From assembly GCA_030390025.1 (NCBI GenBank), contig CM059431.1:109370001-109434000 (forward strand): a stretch of 64,000 bases of DNA. Direction: 5' to 3'. The notes below the pieces were generated by a model. That model made no database searches. It had not been told where the DNA came from and was given only the letters and a program-made list of their open reading frames with translations. Both the position numbers and the translations under genes were made by a program. Positions 50,336 through 63,399 of this stretch are shown in pieces. Each line of letters starts with the position of its first letter. The stretch's first letter is position 1. Source of the stretch: Squalus acanthias (Eukaryota).

Positions 50336-51429
50336 AACAGCTAGGAACAACTTGATGCAAAAAGTAACAACAATTCAGTATTTAAGAGTTAGATATTTGG
50401 TTCAGTTCTTGAAACGCTCACTAGCTTTAACAAAGAATCAGTCAATTTAATATGGCACCATATAAAAACCTTGTCCTTCACAGACAATGGTAAGGAACAG
50501 AAAGACCTTCACTGCTTCTGATTACAATTTTTGTTGGCAACATTCGTGTACCAAAGATAACAATTGCCTTTCTTTTCACATCCTTTAGGGAGCTGTTATA
50601 TTCTGAGAAAGTGTGTCATGTAAATACCGACCAATTTTTTTTTTTGCTTCCCTTTGTTTTATAATGAAATGGATATCAAATTAAAATAGTCCTTGGCTAC
50701 TATATATGGGATAACTCGTAGTTACTTTGATGGGTTGAAATGTCATCACAATTTGTAAGAATGAAGTACAAGTAATTTATTAAAAGGCACGTTCCCTGTG
50801 AAAAACTTTTAACAGACTTTTTAATTTTATACTTATAAATATACGAGCCCTGATTTTACCTCAAGGCGGAAATAAGGTAGGCCAGGGCCAAGGCAAGCTG
50901 CAAATCCCCCTAGCCTCGGCAGCATGAAGTGTGGGAGTTTTTAACTCCCGGGTGCGGTTTGCACGCACGCCCCTGGTCAGTCGCCCGCCCGCCCGAAACC
51001 GCGGGAAGTGGCAGCTGGCCGAGACTAAAGGAACGGTCCCCAGCACTCGGGCAAAGTTGTAGGGAGGGGGTTTTCCGGAGGGCCTCGCAATCGAGTCCAG
51101 GGCAGGGGAGGCCTGAGCATTCTTTGCGGATTCCCGCAAGGAAAGTAAAAAAAAAAAGTAAGTTTAAAAAACTTATTTCTTTGGGCCTATTCCGGCTCCT
51201 CTTCCTATTAGCTGCAGCTGGTGGGAAGGCCACAATGGCTTTGACGATGCTTTTCTGTGCCTGTGTATTTGTGGTGTAATTTCTAAGGCACAGCTTTACA
51301 CATTTCGGTCTGGAAATGGGGGTGCATGCTTATAAAAAAAAATAAAGCTTTTGCTTGAGCTTTTCTGCGCTTAACATCTCAGTATTATCATCATAATTTT
51401 ACAGTAGCATGACCCCGACTTGTATCCAT

Positions 51430-51825
51430 GATTGTTCTCCTTACAGCAGAGAAGGTTAAGGGGAGATTTAATAGAAGTGTTCAAAATGATGAGGGAGATA
51501 GGGAAAAACTATTTCCACTGGCAGGTGGGCCAGTAAACAGGGGGCACAGGTTTAAAATAATTGTCGAAAAAGCCAGGGGGGAGATGAGGAGAATTGTTTT
51601 TACTCAGCGAGTTGTTATGATCTGGAATGCACTGCCTGAAAGGGTGATGGAAGCAAATTCAGTAGTAACTTTCAAAAGGGAATTGGATCTCTACTTAAAA
51701 AGAAAATAAATTGCAGGGCTATGGGGAAAGAGCAGGGGAGTGGGACTAATTTGATAGCTCTTTCAGAAAGCTGGCACATGCACGATGGGCCAAATGGCCT
51801 CCTTCTGTGCTGTATGATTCTGTGA
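51430..51825 (+). mobile_element. CR1 LINE 3' fragment
   Basis: Encodes DREKLFPLAG..RGHRFK..FTQRVVMIWNALPERVMEA and carries the CR1 tail. Confidence 0.85.
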
Positions 51826-52179
51826 TGCATTAGCTGAAATTTTCTAATGGTCTTTCAGGACCGCTGAATTCTAAGCTGGTTCTTGCATTGAGCAGTCTCT
51901 TTAACTTTTCCCAGTTTGTAATTCCAGCTTAATTCAGTGGTCTTTTCTAAAAGTTTACTAAGAGGTGATACTTTTTTCCAACAGATTAGATATGAATTGA
52001 CTCAAGCAATTACCCATACCTAGGAGTCTGTGTGCGTCTTTCTTGCACTGTGGACAATAGCTGAGACTTTCATATTGTCAGGTTTAATGCCTTCATCAGT
52101 CAATGTGTCACCCACAAATGTTAGCTCGGTGACTCCAAATACACATTTGTCTTTTTAAATTTCAGCTTGACTCTTCTAG

Positions 52180-53023
52180 TTGCAGAATGGGCATATAATT
52201 GGCAAATGAAGTTCAACACAGATAAATGTGAGGTATTACATTTTGGTAGGAAGAATAGGGAGGTCACTTATTACTTGGAGGGTGCGAGTCTAGGTGGGGT
52301 AGAAGAACAAAGGGATCTCGGAGTACAAATACACAAATCACTAAAAGTTGCAACACAGGATAGCAAAGCCATATAAAAAAAAGCAAACCAAGCACTAGGG
52401 TTTATTTCTTGAGGTATAGAATTGAAAAGTAGGGAAGTTATGCTAAACCTGTATTGAACCTTGGTTAGACCACACTTAGAGTACTGCGTGCAGTTCTGGT
52501 CGCCATATATAGAAAGGATATAGAGGCACTGGAGAGGGTGCAGAAAAGATTTACAAGGATGATACCAGAAAAGCTAAGGTATACATATCAGGAAAGGATG
52601 AACAGGCTGGGTCTCTTTTCTCTTCAAAAATGAAGGCTGAGGGGTGACCTAATAGAGGTCTTTAAAATTATGAAAGGTTTTGATAGCGTGGATACAGAGA
52701 GAATGTTTCCACTTGTGGGGAAGAGCAAAACTGGAGACCATCAATATAAGATAGTCACCAAGAAATTCAATAGGAAATTCAGAAGAAACTTCTTTACCCA
52801 GAGAGTGGTGAGAATGTGGAACTCGCTACCACAGGGAGTGGTTGAAGCAAATAGTATAGATGCATTTAAGGGGAGGCTAGACAAGCATATGAGGAAGAAG
52901 GGAAAAGAGGGTTTAGATGAGGAAAGACGGGAGGAGGCTCGTGTGGAGCATAAACACCAGCATGGACTGGTTGGGCCGAATGGCCTGTTTCTGTGCCATA
53001 TATCCTATGTAATCTTATGTAAT
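52180..53023 (+). mobile_element. CR1 LINE 3' fragment
   Basis: WQMKFNTDKCEVLHFG, LVRPHLEYC and RNFFTQRVVRMWNSLP, with stops and frameshifts. Confidence 0.85.
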
Positions 53024-54719
53024 CAAGTTCTTTATGAAGTCTATTGCCATGTTCTTCTTTGTCATCAATCAATGTGTCTACACCACCATTCTACTCATAT
53101 GTCATAGTTTTGTGATATACTTTTGGAGTAGAATCAATGCCAAAGGGAAGCTATAGAAATCTGCATCTTCCAGAAAGACTTCTGTCATGGAGAGTGTTGA
53201 ACATGCATAAATTTGAACTTGCTTATTCAGTTTCAGTTGTCAGAAATCCGAGTATGCATCTAACATTCTAAAATATTTTCCACCAGCAAATTGCCTTAAT
53301 TTCCTCACAAGCTGGAAGTTTGAAATAATATCTTTTAATAGACCTGTTTAGATCTTTGGGGATTTCTGAACTTTCTAATGCAAGTTTAATGTCAGTGACG
53401 GTATCTGACCTAGTTCAGTTACAACAACATAGTTTTGACATGTCTCTCTGCATCACCTAAACAAGAGTTGGAGGCATGTGCTGTGCTATTATAGGGACAG
53501 TTCACACAGAGAGGGGAGTAAGAATGTACCTTATTATAACAACAGAGGATCGATTCCATACAATAGATTGTGGATGGAGTTAACATGTTGCCATTCAGTT
53601 GGAGTGGGGTCTGGTCATATTTGGGATTAACAATCCAATATATTTAATTAGCATCAATCAAATCCAAAAATTCACTGGTGTGAAAGCTGAGAGAAGGTTT
53701 TCACGAGACGACCAGCCACACAGACATTTTCTGATTGTGTGCTTCTGCCATGGAGCCTCACCTACCAGGGGCTAAATCTCCAAGATTCTCCATCCATTAG
53801 GATGCTGTCCTGGGAATATGCATGTAGAAAAATCGTATTTCAAGGGATTGGATGCATAACTGCCCTGCACCACGCATATCTTTCTTCCTAAATAACCACA
53901 GTTCACACATACTTTCTCCAACAATTAGACTAGCAGGGGCTTGATGCATACCTTCTCTCATTGGATTGCCAAGGACTTAATGTACACCCATCACTTCTAC
54001 AATAGACTGCCAGAGTTCAGATGTATACCCTAGCCATAATACCCTTTAGGTCTGACTGGCAGAGAGCTGATTCATGCCGCTCACTAGATTATCACAATGA
54101 CCCAAAATGACAGCAAAAAATTCATACAAATCTACAAAATAGCCACAAACAACAGATAATCATCACTGGGGAATCATATAATGTCATACTGCATACTTCC
54201 AGCATTTTTTTCTTTTTACTTGGATCCCTAGTTAATGATTTCAATGGTATGAAAATTGGGTGGGTTTTATAACGGATGGGCAATCAGCTCTGCCAGATTA
54301 CCACCTATACAGTGAAGATGAAAATGTATCCCATAATTAAAAAATCAGGAGTATAGGGCCGATAACGTGATTGGCTCTTCTGGCACAAGAGTGGCCTATT
54401 ATTGGGGCCTACTGAATGCCCAATTCAGGGTCTGAGGCTTACTAGGTGCCAATGCAATCAGCCAGCACATTGAGTCCTGGGAGCCTGTGCATAAACTGTG
54501 TACAAGGCTCATTATGGCCTGAAATATTATGTAAATTAGGGGGCCTTCCCATAATGCAGCTGAAAGGAAAGCCCACTTAAAAAGTTTCAAATTTGAGTCA
54601 TGGAGTGCCCTCTCCTTATAGGTTGCCCCTTCGCTTTGCTGCCCCTCTTTGTCAAGGCTGCCAATGGCTAATTTTTCAATGGGGACTTAGTGAACCATGC
54701 CTGAAAAGATAAGCAAAGA

Positions 54720-55181
54720 GAAACTTGAATTTCCGTAGCACCTTTCATGACCTCAGGACGTCCCAAAGCGCTTTACAGCCAATTAAGTACTTTTGGAGTG
54801 TAGTCACTGTTGTAATGTAAGAAATGCGGCAGCCAATTTACACACAGCAAACTCCACAAACAGCAATGTGATAATGACCAGATAATCTGTTTTTGTGATG
54901 TTGATTGAGGGATAAATTTTGGCCAGGACACCGGGGATAACTCCCCTGCTCTTCTTCGAAATAGTGCTGTGGGATCTTTTACATTCACCTGAGAGAGGGC
55001 AGACGGGGCCTCGGTTTAACGTCTCATCCGAAAGACGGCACCTCCGACAGTGCAGCACTCCCTCAGCACTGCACTGGGAGTGTCAGCCTAGATTTATGTG
55101 CTCAAGTCTCTGGAGTGGGACTTGAACCCACAACCTTCTGACTCAGAGGTGAGAGAGTGCTACCCACTGAGCCACTGGCTG
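54720..55181 (-). mobile_element. Full-length DeuSINE copy
   Basis: Reverse complement of the 3543-4030 family, with A/B boxes at ~55115-55178. Confidence 0.85.
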
Positions 55182-56092
55182 AAAAGGAAAAACTGTAACA
55201 GCAGCCCCACTGCTGGTGCCCAGCATTCCAGTCGACCAAAGTACATGGCATCACACAATGATGTGGGGCCTGTTTATTGAAATGTTGTTTGTGGCACCAC
55301 ATCATGCGTTGTGTGTCGGGGGAACCCGACTGATAGTGAAATGAACTGACCTTGTATTATCATGCAGAGACAAATAGTGCCTCACCGCAGCGCTGTATCT
55401 CTGCCACAATATCCGCCCCTATATGTTCCATTATCTTCTAGGAAATGAAGCTCCTTCCCAGATTGGATGCCTTCCCATCTAAGCAGCAGTGTTTATAACG
55501 TAATGATGCCCCTCAGTGGCACAGTCTGATTGCAGTGTATACAGGACTCGAAGGTGAAAGGCCATTAACCGCTGTCACTCTCTAATTTGATATTGTTAAT
55601 TAAATGTTTCATTATCATTTTGCATCTGCTGCTCAGAGGTCACCCGATTAGCTACCACAGCTCACTTATTCGGCACATACATTACATGGCTTTCAGACTT
55701 GGGGGGACATTTGGTGAAGCAGGAGACAGCTGAGGGAGAGACTCAACTGAACTTAGACTGTACCAGAAGGTTTTGGGAATTTAAGCAATTCATTGTGATT
55801 AAACTATTAGCCGCAGTATGATTAAACTCAATAATTCACTGAAGTGTGATTAAAAAATGTTAATTTCAATGAATAAAAATGATAATTGTAGTTTAAATAA
55901 TAATATTAATTGCAGCATGACGGAAACCAATATTTCAGTGAGTGATTCATGGCGCAAGGTAAAATAAAACAGTAATTCAGATGTAAGTTTATCTCACAGA
56001 AGTTTCTGGTGCAGTCAAGCAGATTCCTCCACTCGGCTCCCTCGCTCTCCAGCTAAAAATCAATCATCTGTCCTGGAAAACGTGGAGTCTAC

Positions 56093-57080
56093 ATCACATC
56101 CCAGCTCATGCACTGAATCCCAAACCACATCCCAGCTCAGGCACTGAATCCCAAACCACATCCCAGCTCATGCACTGAATCCCAAACCACATCCCAGCTC
56201 ATGCACTGAATCCCAAATCACATCCCAGCTCATGCACTGAATCCCAAACCATACCCCAGCTCATGCACTGAATCCCAAACCGCATCCCAGCTCATGCACT
56301 GAATTCCCAAACCACATCCCAGCTCATGCAATGAATCCCAAATCACATCCCAGCTCATGCACTGAATCCCCAAACCACATCCCAGCTCATGCACTGAATC
56401 CCAAACCACATCCCATCTCAGGCACTGAATCCCAAACCACATCCCAGCTCATGCACTGAATCCCAAACCACATCCCAGCTCATGCACTGAATCCCAAACC
56501 ACATCCCAGCTCAGGCACTGAATCCCCAAACCACATCCCAGCTCATGCACTGAATCCCAAACCACATCCCAGCTCATGCACTGAATCCCAAATCACATCC
56601 CAGCTCATGCACTGAATCCCAAATCACATCCCAGCTCATGCACTGAATCCCAAATCACATCCCAGCTCAGGCACTGAATCCCCAAACCACATCCCAGCTC
56701 ATGCACTGAATCCCAAATCACATCCCAGCTCATGCACTGAATCCCAAATCACATCCCAGCTCATGCACTGAATCCCAAACCACATCCCAGCTCATGCACT
56801 GAATCCCAAACCACATCCCAGCTCATGCACTGAATCCCAACCCACATCCCAGCTCATGCACTGAATTCCCAAACCACATCCCAGCTCATGCACTGAATCC
56901 CAACCCACATCCCAGCTCATGCACTGAATCCCAACCCACATCCCAGCTCATGCACTGAATTCCCAAACCACATCCCAGCTCATGCACTGAATCCCAACCC
57001 ACATCCCAGCTCATGCACTGAATCCCAACCCACATCCCAGCTCATGCACTGAATCCCAAACCACATCCCAGCTCATGCAC
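56093..57080. repeat. Minisatellite, ~32 copies of a 31-bp unit
   Basis: The unit CACATCCCAGCTCATGCACTGAATCCCAAAC repeats head-to-tail with minor variants and no spacers. Confidence 0.95.
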
Positions 57081-57834
57081 AAGACCCCAAACACAGTGCT
57101 GAATGTGGTGTCCTAAGAGGAGTGTGAGAAATTTAAATGTGGGCTGATTTTTTTTTTAAGCAGAGTAGCAGATGCTGAGTCTGAAATGATGAATGTCCAT
57201 GGAAACATGGATAGGGGCCACAGAGGGGCTAAATTCCCAGTGGAAGGAACTGGACCATATAGAGTTGGATTGAAGTCTGGACAACCGTGTTATTTTAATA
57301 TTTAAAATATCTGTAATTGAAGGTTAATTATGTTGTGCTGGAAGCTCATTCCCAAGCGGGTGCCGTACTTAAAGCAACAATGTTTATGAGATAACAATGC
57401 CCCAGCGACGCAGTCTGATTGAATGTTCGCTAATGCACCAAATATAGGGTTCAAATTATTATTTTTTTGTGAGGGTTCGCATGGTCCTCGACCTCCCTAG
57501 AAAATAAATCTTGTATCGTCAGTCCATCTACATTCCCTTCAGCAGTTTCTAACTTGATCACCATGATTAGTCAACAACTCAATTATTGTTGCACCAGGGT
57601 AGTAGATGGCGAACTTTATGGGACTTGGTCCTTTCTCGTCCAGCAATTCCTACATTCCTAAATCAGGCACCTCAGTACAAGTGATGGAACGTTGGGATGC
57701 TGTATATACTTGCAGCTTAATTTATGACACACTTGTAACCCACTGCACTTGCAATGTAACTATTTGTTTTCGCATTTCATATTCAGGGCTATTATTGAAG
57801 TGTCAGTTGTCAGAGCTGTGTCTCTCATCTTTCA

Positions 57835-59946
57835 CCTGCCGCAAACTTCAGCTCATCGAAAACTCTGCTGCCCGTATCCCAACTGTAATGGTGCAAGGTT
57901 AGGCCTTCGTTGCCTAATACTATTGCTTGCTCTGGTCTCCGGCCAGCCTTTTTGCAATAAGCACCTGTGAGTGGTTCGACCCACTCGCCCTTACGGTTCT
58001 AACACTGGACTTAGGTGCAGGGAGCAGTAATGCAGAGAAAAACTCAGATAGACCCGGTTGAATAGTACGAAATGGAAATCTTTATTGCATGGCGTCTAAA
58101 ATCATGAAATACATGTCATAGGCGCAAATCAACGATAGTACAAGTATACATACATTCATAAAGCTTGGTCTGTGGAAATGGAGAACACACGGCACATCGT
58201 AGAAAGGGGAACACATTATATCTTAACCTTATTAAAACCACCCTCCCTTAATAATACCTACACTACGTCTAGATTTGTAGGATCGGAAATCATGCTCACC
58301 ACTCGTGTTACTTCGGAGAGTTTTAAAGTGAGGCACTCGGCTTGTTTCGCTGCAGCGCCTGACTGTCACGTGTTTGGAAGGGTCTCTGCACCCCACTTGT
58401 TTACTTTCACTGCTGCGAAAAGCAGGCCAGACTCCCTGTTGTCATGAAGAACTCGACGGACCTCGGACACAGTTCAAAGAAGAGTCTTCCTGTGCTCGAC
58501 ACAGGTTGTAGTCGGTAGAACTCAAAGAAGAGTCCTGTATTTATATTTTCGGGCGCGGTCGGGGTTTACTGACCGTGGCGGCACGTGGAATTTCTTCTCG
58601 TCTTCTTCTCGTCTCGTCTCCTCGGGCCTCCGGGTCCAGACACCGTTTACCGACACTCGGGATGGTGTACCCTGTTACTTGCCCTTGTCGGGGCGGCTCG
58701 TACCGATTGAGCTCCACCCAACACTTGAATAACCGACCAGTACGGCTAAGAGTCAAGAGTCAACAAAGTCCAGAGAGAAAATCAAGAGGCTGCCCGTCCA
58801 GGAGAGCGATACCAGAGGATAAGAGAGCGATGGACATTTGTTCTCTATAGTTATAGTGATGTGTCCGCTTATCTCCCGCTCAAATCTTAATGTTTGTCCT
58901 TTGTGTAATATTTGGCACTCAAAGCTCCCAGCATGGGGCGATTATCTTCTTTAACAGGTTTCGGTAGCACCTGAAACTGGCCAACTATCCGTTAATGTTT
59001 TCCCCATTGTTGACCCAGCCAGGATGTGTATGAATCGTCTCCTCGACTGGTTTTGGGGCCCCCCAAATACCGACTTAATCACCCGTCAATGTCTCTCTCA
59101 TTGTAGAGCCGGGGGGGTATTTGTGTATTGATGTGTCTGGATGGGCCTTCGATTGCCCAGTACAATGATCCTTACTGTGCATAGGAAAACGATTCCAGCA
59201 CTTATATCTTTGCTATTGTTCCAAATGCAAACGGGTTGCATCCTGTCTTTATCAGTGTTTACCGAGTATGATCCAATCTTATACTGAATGTATATTCAAC
59301 GCCATTTTGTCTGCCCACTGTGTTTCTGGAAGCTTCTGCCACGATGCTCGGTGGCCATTTTACAGGCTTCTGTGTCCTTTATATCATGACAGCATTTCGT
59401 TTAATAAAACTGATCAAACGAATCTGCTTCTCTCATGTTATTTTGAATCGCGATAATTGCGAACTTTACACAACTCACACCAAATCCCGTTCACCCATTA
59501 CCCCTGCGCATGTTGACCTGCATTTTCTCCCGGTCTGGCAATGCCTCAAATTTTAAATTTTCATCCTTGTGTTCAAATCTCCTCCATGGCCTCGCCCCCC
59601 CCCCCCCCCCCCCCTCCCTGAATCTGTAACCTCCTCCAGCCCTGCAACCCTCCGGAAACTCTGCATTCCTCCAAGTCCGGCCTCTTGTTTATCCCCAAAT
59701 TCCTTCACCCTACCTACACCTGCCTAGGCCCCAAACTCTGGAGTTCCCTCCCTGAGCCTTCGCCTCTCTCTCCTCCTTCAAGATGCTCCTTAAAACCTAC
59801 CATTTTGAGCAAGTTTTTGGTCACCTGTCCTAATATCTCCTTATGTGGCTCGGTGTCAAATCTTGTTTGATAATCGCTCCTGTGAAGCGCCTTGGGACGT
59901 TTTACGACGTTAAAGGTGCTATATAAATGTAAGTTGTTGTTGTTGT
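57835..59946 (+). mobile_element. L2 LINE 3' fragment split by the 1587-bp insertion (L2 parts ~57835-57883 and 59471-59946)
   Basis: AAACTTCAGCTCATCGAAAACTCTGCTGCCCGTATCCCAAC | TCACACCAAATCCCGTTCACCC is colinear with the intact copy at 34021 once the insert is removed. Ends in a (TTG)n tail. Confidence 0.85.
57884..59470 (-). mobile_element. Large solo-LTR-like element (LTR retrotransposon or ERV)
   Basis: TGTAA...TTACA termini and a 4-bp TSD CAAC (57880-83, 59471-74). Minus-strand TATAAAT at 58539-58545 and AATAAA at 58081-58086. No long ORF. Confidence 0.7.
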
Positions 59947-60287
59947 GTCCGTTGTTTCAGGTTGTTGGTCAGTTTTTGCTGATTTAAGATTGGCAAACTT
60001 GCCACAGCCAGGATGCTGAAATGCCACTGCCTTATATCCAAAAATCTAAGCGAACTGCCTGCAGTTAATTATACCACCAACTTAGCTTGGTTGGGCACCC
60101 CTGGAAATTTTGTGTCACCTTTCAACTTTTCCATACTCTACCCAGATTCCCTTAAAATCAGTTTTCACTGATTGCCACCAATAAATTCCGAGTTTTCTGG
60201 AGTTGGTGAATTGTTAAAAACTGATTTCTGCCTATTGCTCATCTTCAAAGATCAGATTCTCCCTGATCCCAGTGGATCTCAAGATTG

Positions 60288-60314
60288 TGAGAAGTCGCAC
60301 AACATCAGGTTATA
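60288..60314. mobile_element. 27-bp Penelope-family micro-insertion
   Basis: TGAGAAGTCGCACAACATCAGGTTATA, the arm end of the 1008-1220 family, sits between 14-bp direct repeats GGATCTCAAGATTG. Confidence 0.65.
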
Positions 60315-60599
60315 GGATCTCAAGATTGAGTGTGCATTGCACTCGTGATGTCATTGCACAGGTTGCATGATGATGTATGCATGCAATGATGTCACTCGCA
60401 TGATGTGAGCTTATCCTGGAGCCCGACTTCCAGTGTCAAAGTCCAGAAGGGAAACAATCAGATTCTTTGTGATATAGCCCATAGGCTGTACAGCAACAGG
60501 GAGACAAATTGAAGTTATTGATCTTCCCAATCCCGAGCAAACTCAAAAAATTTCAGAAATGGTAAAGTGGAAATGGATTTCTAAATCAGTAACCCAAGG

Positions 60600-63078
60600 T
60601 AACATTCGTGCCACACAAGTGCCAAGCAATGATTATCTCCAAAAAGCGAGTGTCTAACCACCGCCCCTTGACATTCAACAGCATTACCATCGCTGAATCC
60701 CCCACCATCAATATCCTGGGGGGGGTCACCATTGACCAGAAACTTAGTCTCCCAGAGATGTCGGGGAACATAGGGTCCAATGAGAGGGAGGAACTGAATG
60801 AAATCAGTATTTGTAGGGAAATGGTGTTAGGGAAATTGATGGGATTGAAGGCCGATAAATCCCCAGGGCCTGATAATCTACATCCTAGGGTACTTAAGGA
60901 AGTGGCCCTAGAAATAGTAGATGCATTGCTGGTCATCTTCCAAAATTCTATAGACTCTGGAACAGTTCCCATGGATTGGAGGGTAGCTAATGTTTATTTA
61001 AAAAAGGTGGTAGAGAGAAAATGGGGAATTATAGACCGGTAAGCCTGACATCGTTAGTGGGGAAAATGTTAGAGTCCATTATAAAAGATGTAATAGCAGA
61101 GCACTTGGAAAACAGTGACAGGATCGGACAAAGTCAACATGGATTTACAAAATGTAAATCATGCTTGACTAATCTACTGGAATTTTTTGAGGATGTAACT
61201 GGTAGAATAGATAAGGGAGAACCAGTGGATGTGGTGTATTTGGACTTTCAGAAGGCTTTCGATAAGGTCCCGCATAAGAGATTAGCGTGCAAAGTTAAAG
61301 CACACGGGATTGGGGGTAAGGTACTATCTTGGATAGAAAACTGGTTGGCAGACAGGAAGCAAAGAGTTGGAATAAACGAGTCTTTTTCCGAGTGGCAGGC
61401 AGTGACTAGTGGGGTACCGCAGGGATCGGTGCTAGGACCCCAGTTATTCACAATATATATTAATGATCTAGATGAGGGAACTAGATGTAATATCTCCAAG
61501 TTTGCAGACGACACAAAGCTGGGTGGGCGTGTGTGCTGTGAGGAGGATGCAGAGAAACTCCAGTATGATTTGGACAGGTTGGGTGATTGGGCAGATGCAT
61601 GGCAGATGCAGTATAATGTGGATAAATGCGAGGTTATCCACTTCAGTGGCAAAAACAGGAAGGCAGATTATTATCTGAACGGCAATAGATTGGGAAAAGG
61701 GGAAGTGCAACGAGACATGGGTGTCCTTGTGCACCAGTCGCTGAAGGTAAGCATGCAGGTGCAGCAGGCGGTTAAGAAGGCAAATGGTATGTTGGCCTTC
61801 ATAGCGAGAGGATTCGAGTACAGGAGCAAGGATGTCTTGCTGCAGTTGTACAGGGCCTTGGTGAGACCACACCTTGAGTATTGCGTGCAGTTTTGGTCGT
61901 CTTATCTGAGGAAGGATGTTCTTGCCATGGAGAGAGTGCAGCGAAGATTCACCAGACTGATACCTGGGATGGCAGGAATGACGTATGAAGAGAGATTGGG
62001 TCGATTGGGCTTGTATTCGCTAGAGTTTAGAAGAATGAGACGGGATCTCATTGAAACTTATAAAATTCTAACAGGACTAGACAGACTAGATGCAGGAAGG
62101 ATGTTCCCGATGGTGGGGGAGTCCAGAACCAGGGGTCACAGTCTAAGGATAAGGGGTAAGCCATTTAGGACTGAGATGAGGAGGAATTTCTTCACCCAGA
62201 GAGTGGTGAACCTGTGGAATTCTCTACCACAGAAGACAGTTGAGTCCAATTCATTAAATATATTCAAGAAGGAGTTAAATATATTTCTTAAGGCTAAGGG
62301 GATCAAGGGATATGGGGAGAAAGCAGGGACAGGGTACTGAATTTGGATGATCAGCCATGATCGCATTGAATGGCGGAGCAGGCTCGAGAGGCCGAATGGC
62401 CTACTCCTGCTCCTATCTTCTATGTTTCTATGTTAACTGGACCAGCCACATAAATACTGTGGTAACAAGAGCAGGTCAGATGCTAAGTATTCTGCGGTGA
62501 GTGTCTCACCTCCTGACTCCCCAAAGCCTTTCCACCGTCTAAAAGGCACAAGTCAGGAGTGTGATGGAATACTCTCCACTTGCCTGGATGAGTGCAGCTC
62601 CAACAATACTCAAGAAACTCGACACCATCCAAGACAAAGCTGCCCGCTTGATTGACACCTCATCCACCACCTTAAACATTCACTCCATCCACCACCGGAG
62701 TACCGTGGCTGCAGTGTGTACCATCTACAAGATGCACTGCAGCAACTCACCAAGACTTCTTCGGTAGCACCTCCCAAACCGTGATCTCTGCCACCTAGAA
62801 GGACAAGGGCAGCAGGCGCATGGGAACACCACCACCTCCAAGTTCCCCTCCAAGTCACACACCATCCTGACTTGGAAATATAACGCCGTTCCTTCATCGT
62901 CACTGGGTCAAAATCCTGGAAATCCCTCCCTAACGGCACTGTGGGAGTACCTTCACCTCACGGACTGCAGCGGTTCAAGAAGGTGGCTCACCACCACCTT
63001 CTCAAGGGCAAGTAGGGATGGGCAATAAAAGCTGGCCTTGCCAGCGACGCTCACACCCCATGAACGAATAAAAAAAAA
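60600..63078 (+). mobile_element. CR1-group second-family LINE 3' fragment (60600-60746 and 62433-63078) split by a CR1 insertion
   Basis: KCQAMIISKKR...VTIDQKL resumes as NWTSHINT...LKKLDTIQDKAARLI. Poly(A) tail at ~63070. Confidence 0.85.
60747..62432 (+). mobile_element. Young 5'-truncated CR1 LINE with 439-aa open RT segment
   Basis: ORF 61021-62340 has NYRPVSLTS, SCLTNLLEFF, LDFQKAFDKVPH, GVPQGSVLGP, FADDTKL and RPHLEYC without stops. Has a (TTCTATGT) tail and TTA duplicated at the junctions. Confidence 0.92.
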
Positions 63079-63399
63079 GTGAGTATATTGTTTTCCTGCC
63101 AATCACTGACCTGCGAATTGAGATTACAGACCTAGAAATTCCATCGCGCCCAAAAATAGACACGCAGGGGGACGTGCTGCACACGCCTATTCACGTGGTC
63201 GCAGGGACCACATTAAATTAGAATGAGTCAGTCGATCAGCCAGCGCTACCTACGCTGTTCATTGGATGCACTCCCAGATGGGAGAGGGGGTTCGGGACAT
63301 CGGGCTTCACTGATGTCATTTAAAGGCAGCTAGCACCTCTTAAAGGGGAGTGGCATTCTGGCTGCAGGCAGCATTGAAATGCTGTGAAGCTTTAAAAGG

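Noticed and set aside
50845..51240. GC-rich block with several overlapping ORFs
   Set aside because: Probably a one-ended fragment of a Harbinger-like element. No second TIR or coding motif was found, so it is not called.
56093..57080. CRISPR-like array of ~31-bp repeats
   Set aside because: The units are contiguous with no unique spacers, there are no cas genes, and the context is vertebrate.
61021..62340. Long RT ORFs (also 43456-44319, 35314-36039) as host genes
   Set aside because: They are 5'-truncated LINE ORF2 fragments with LINE tails and nearby frameshifts.
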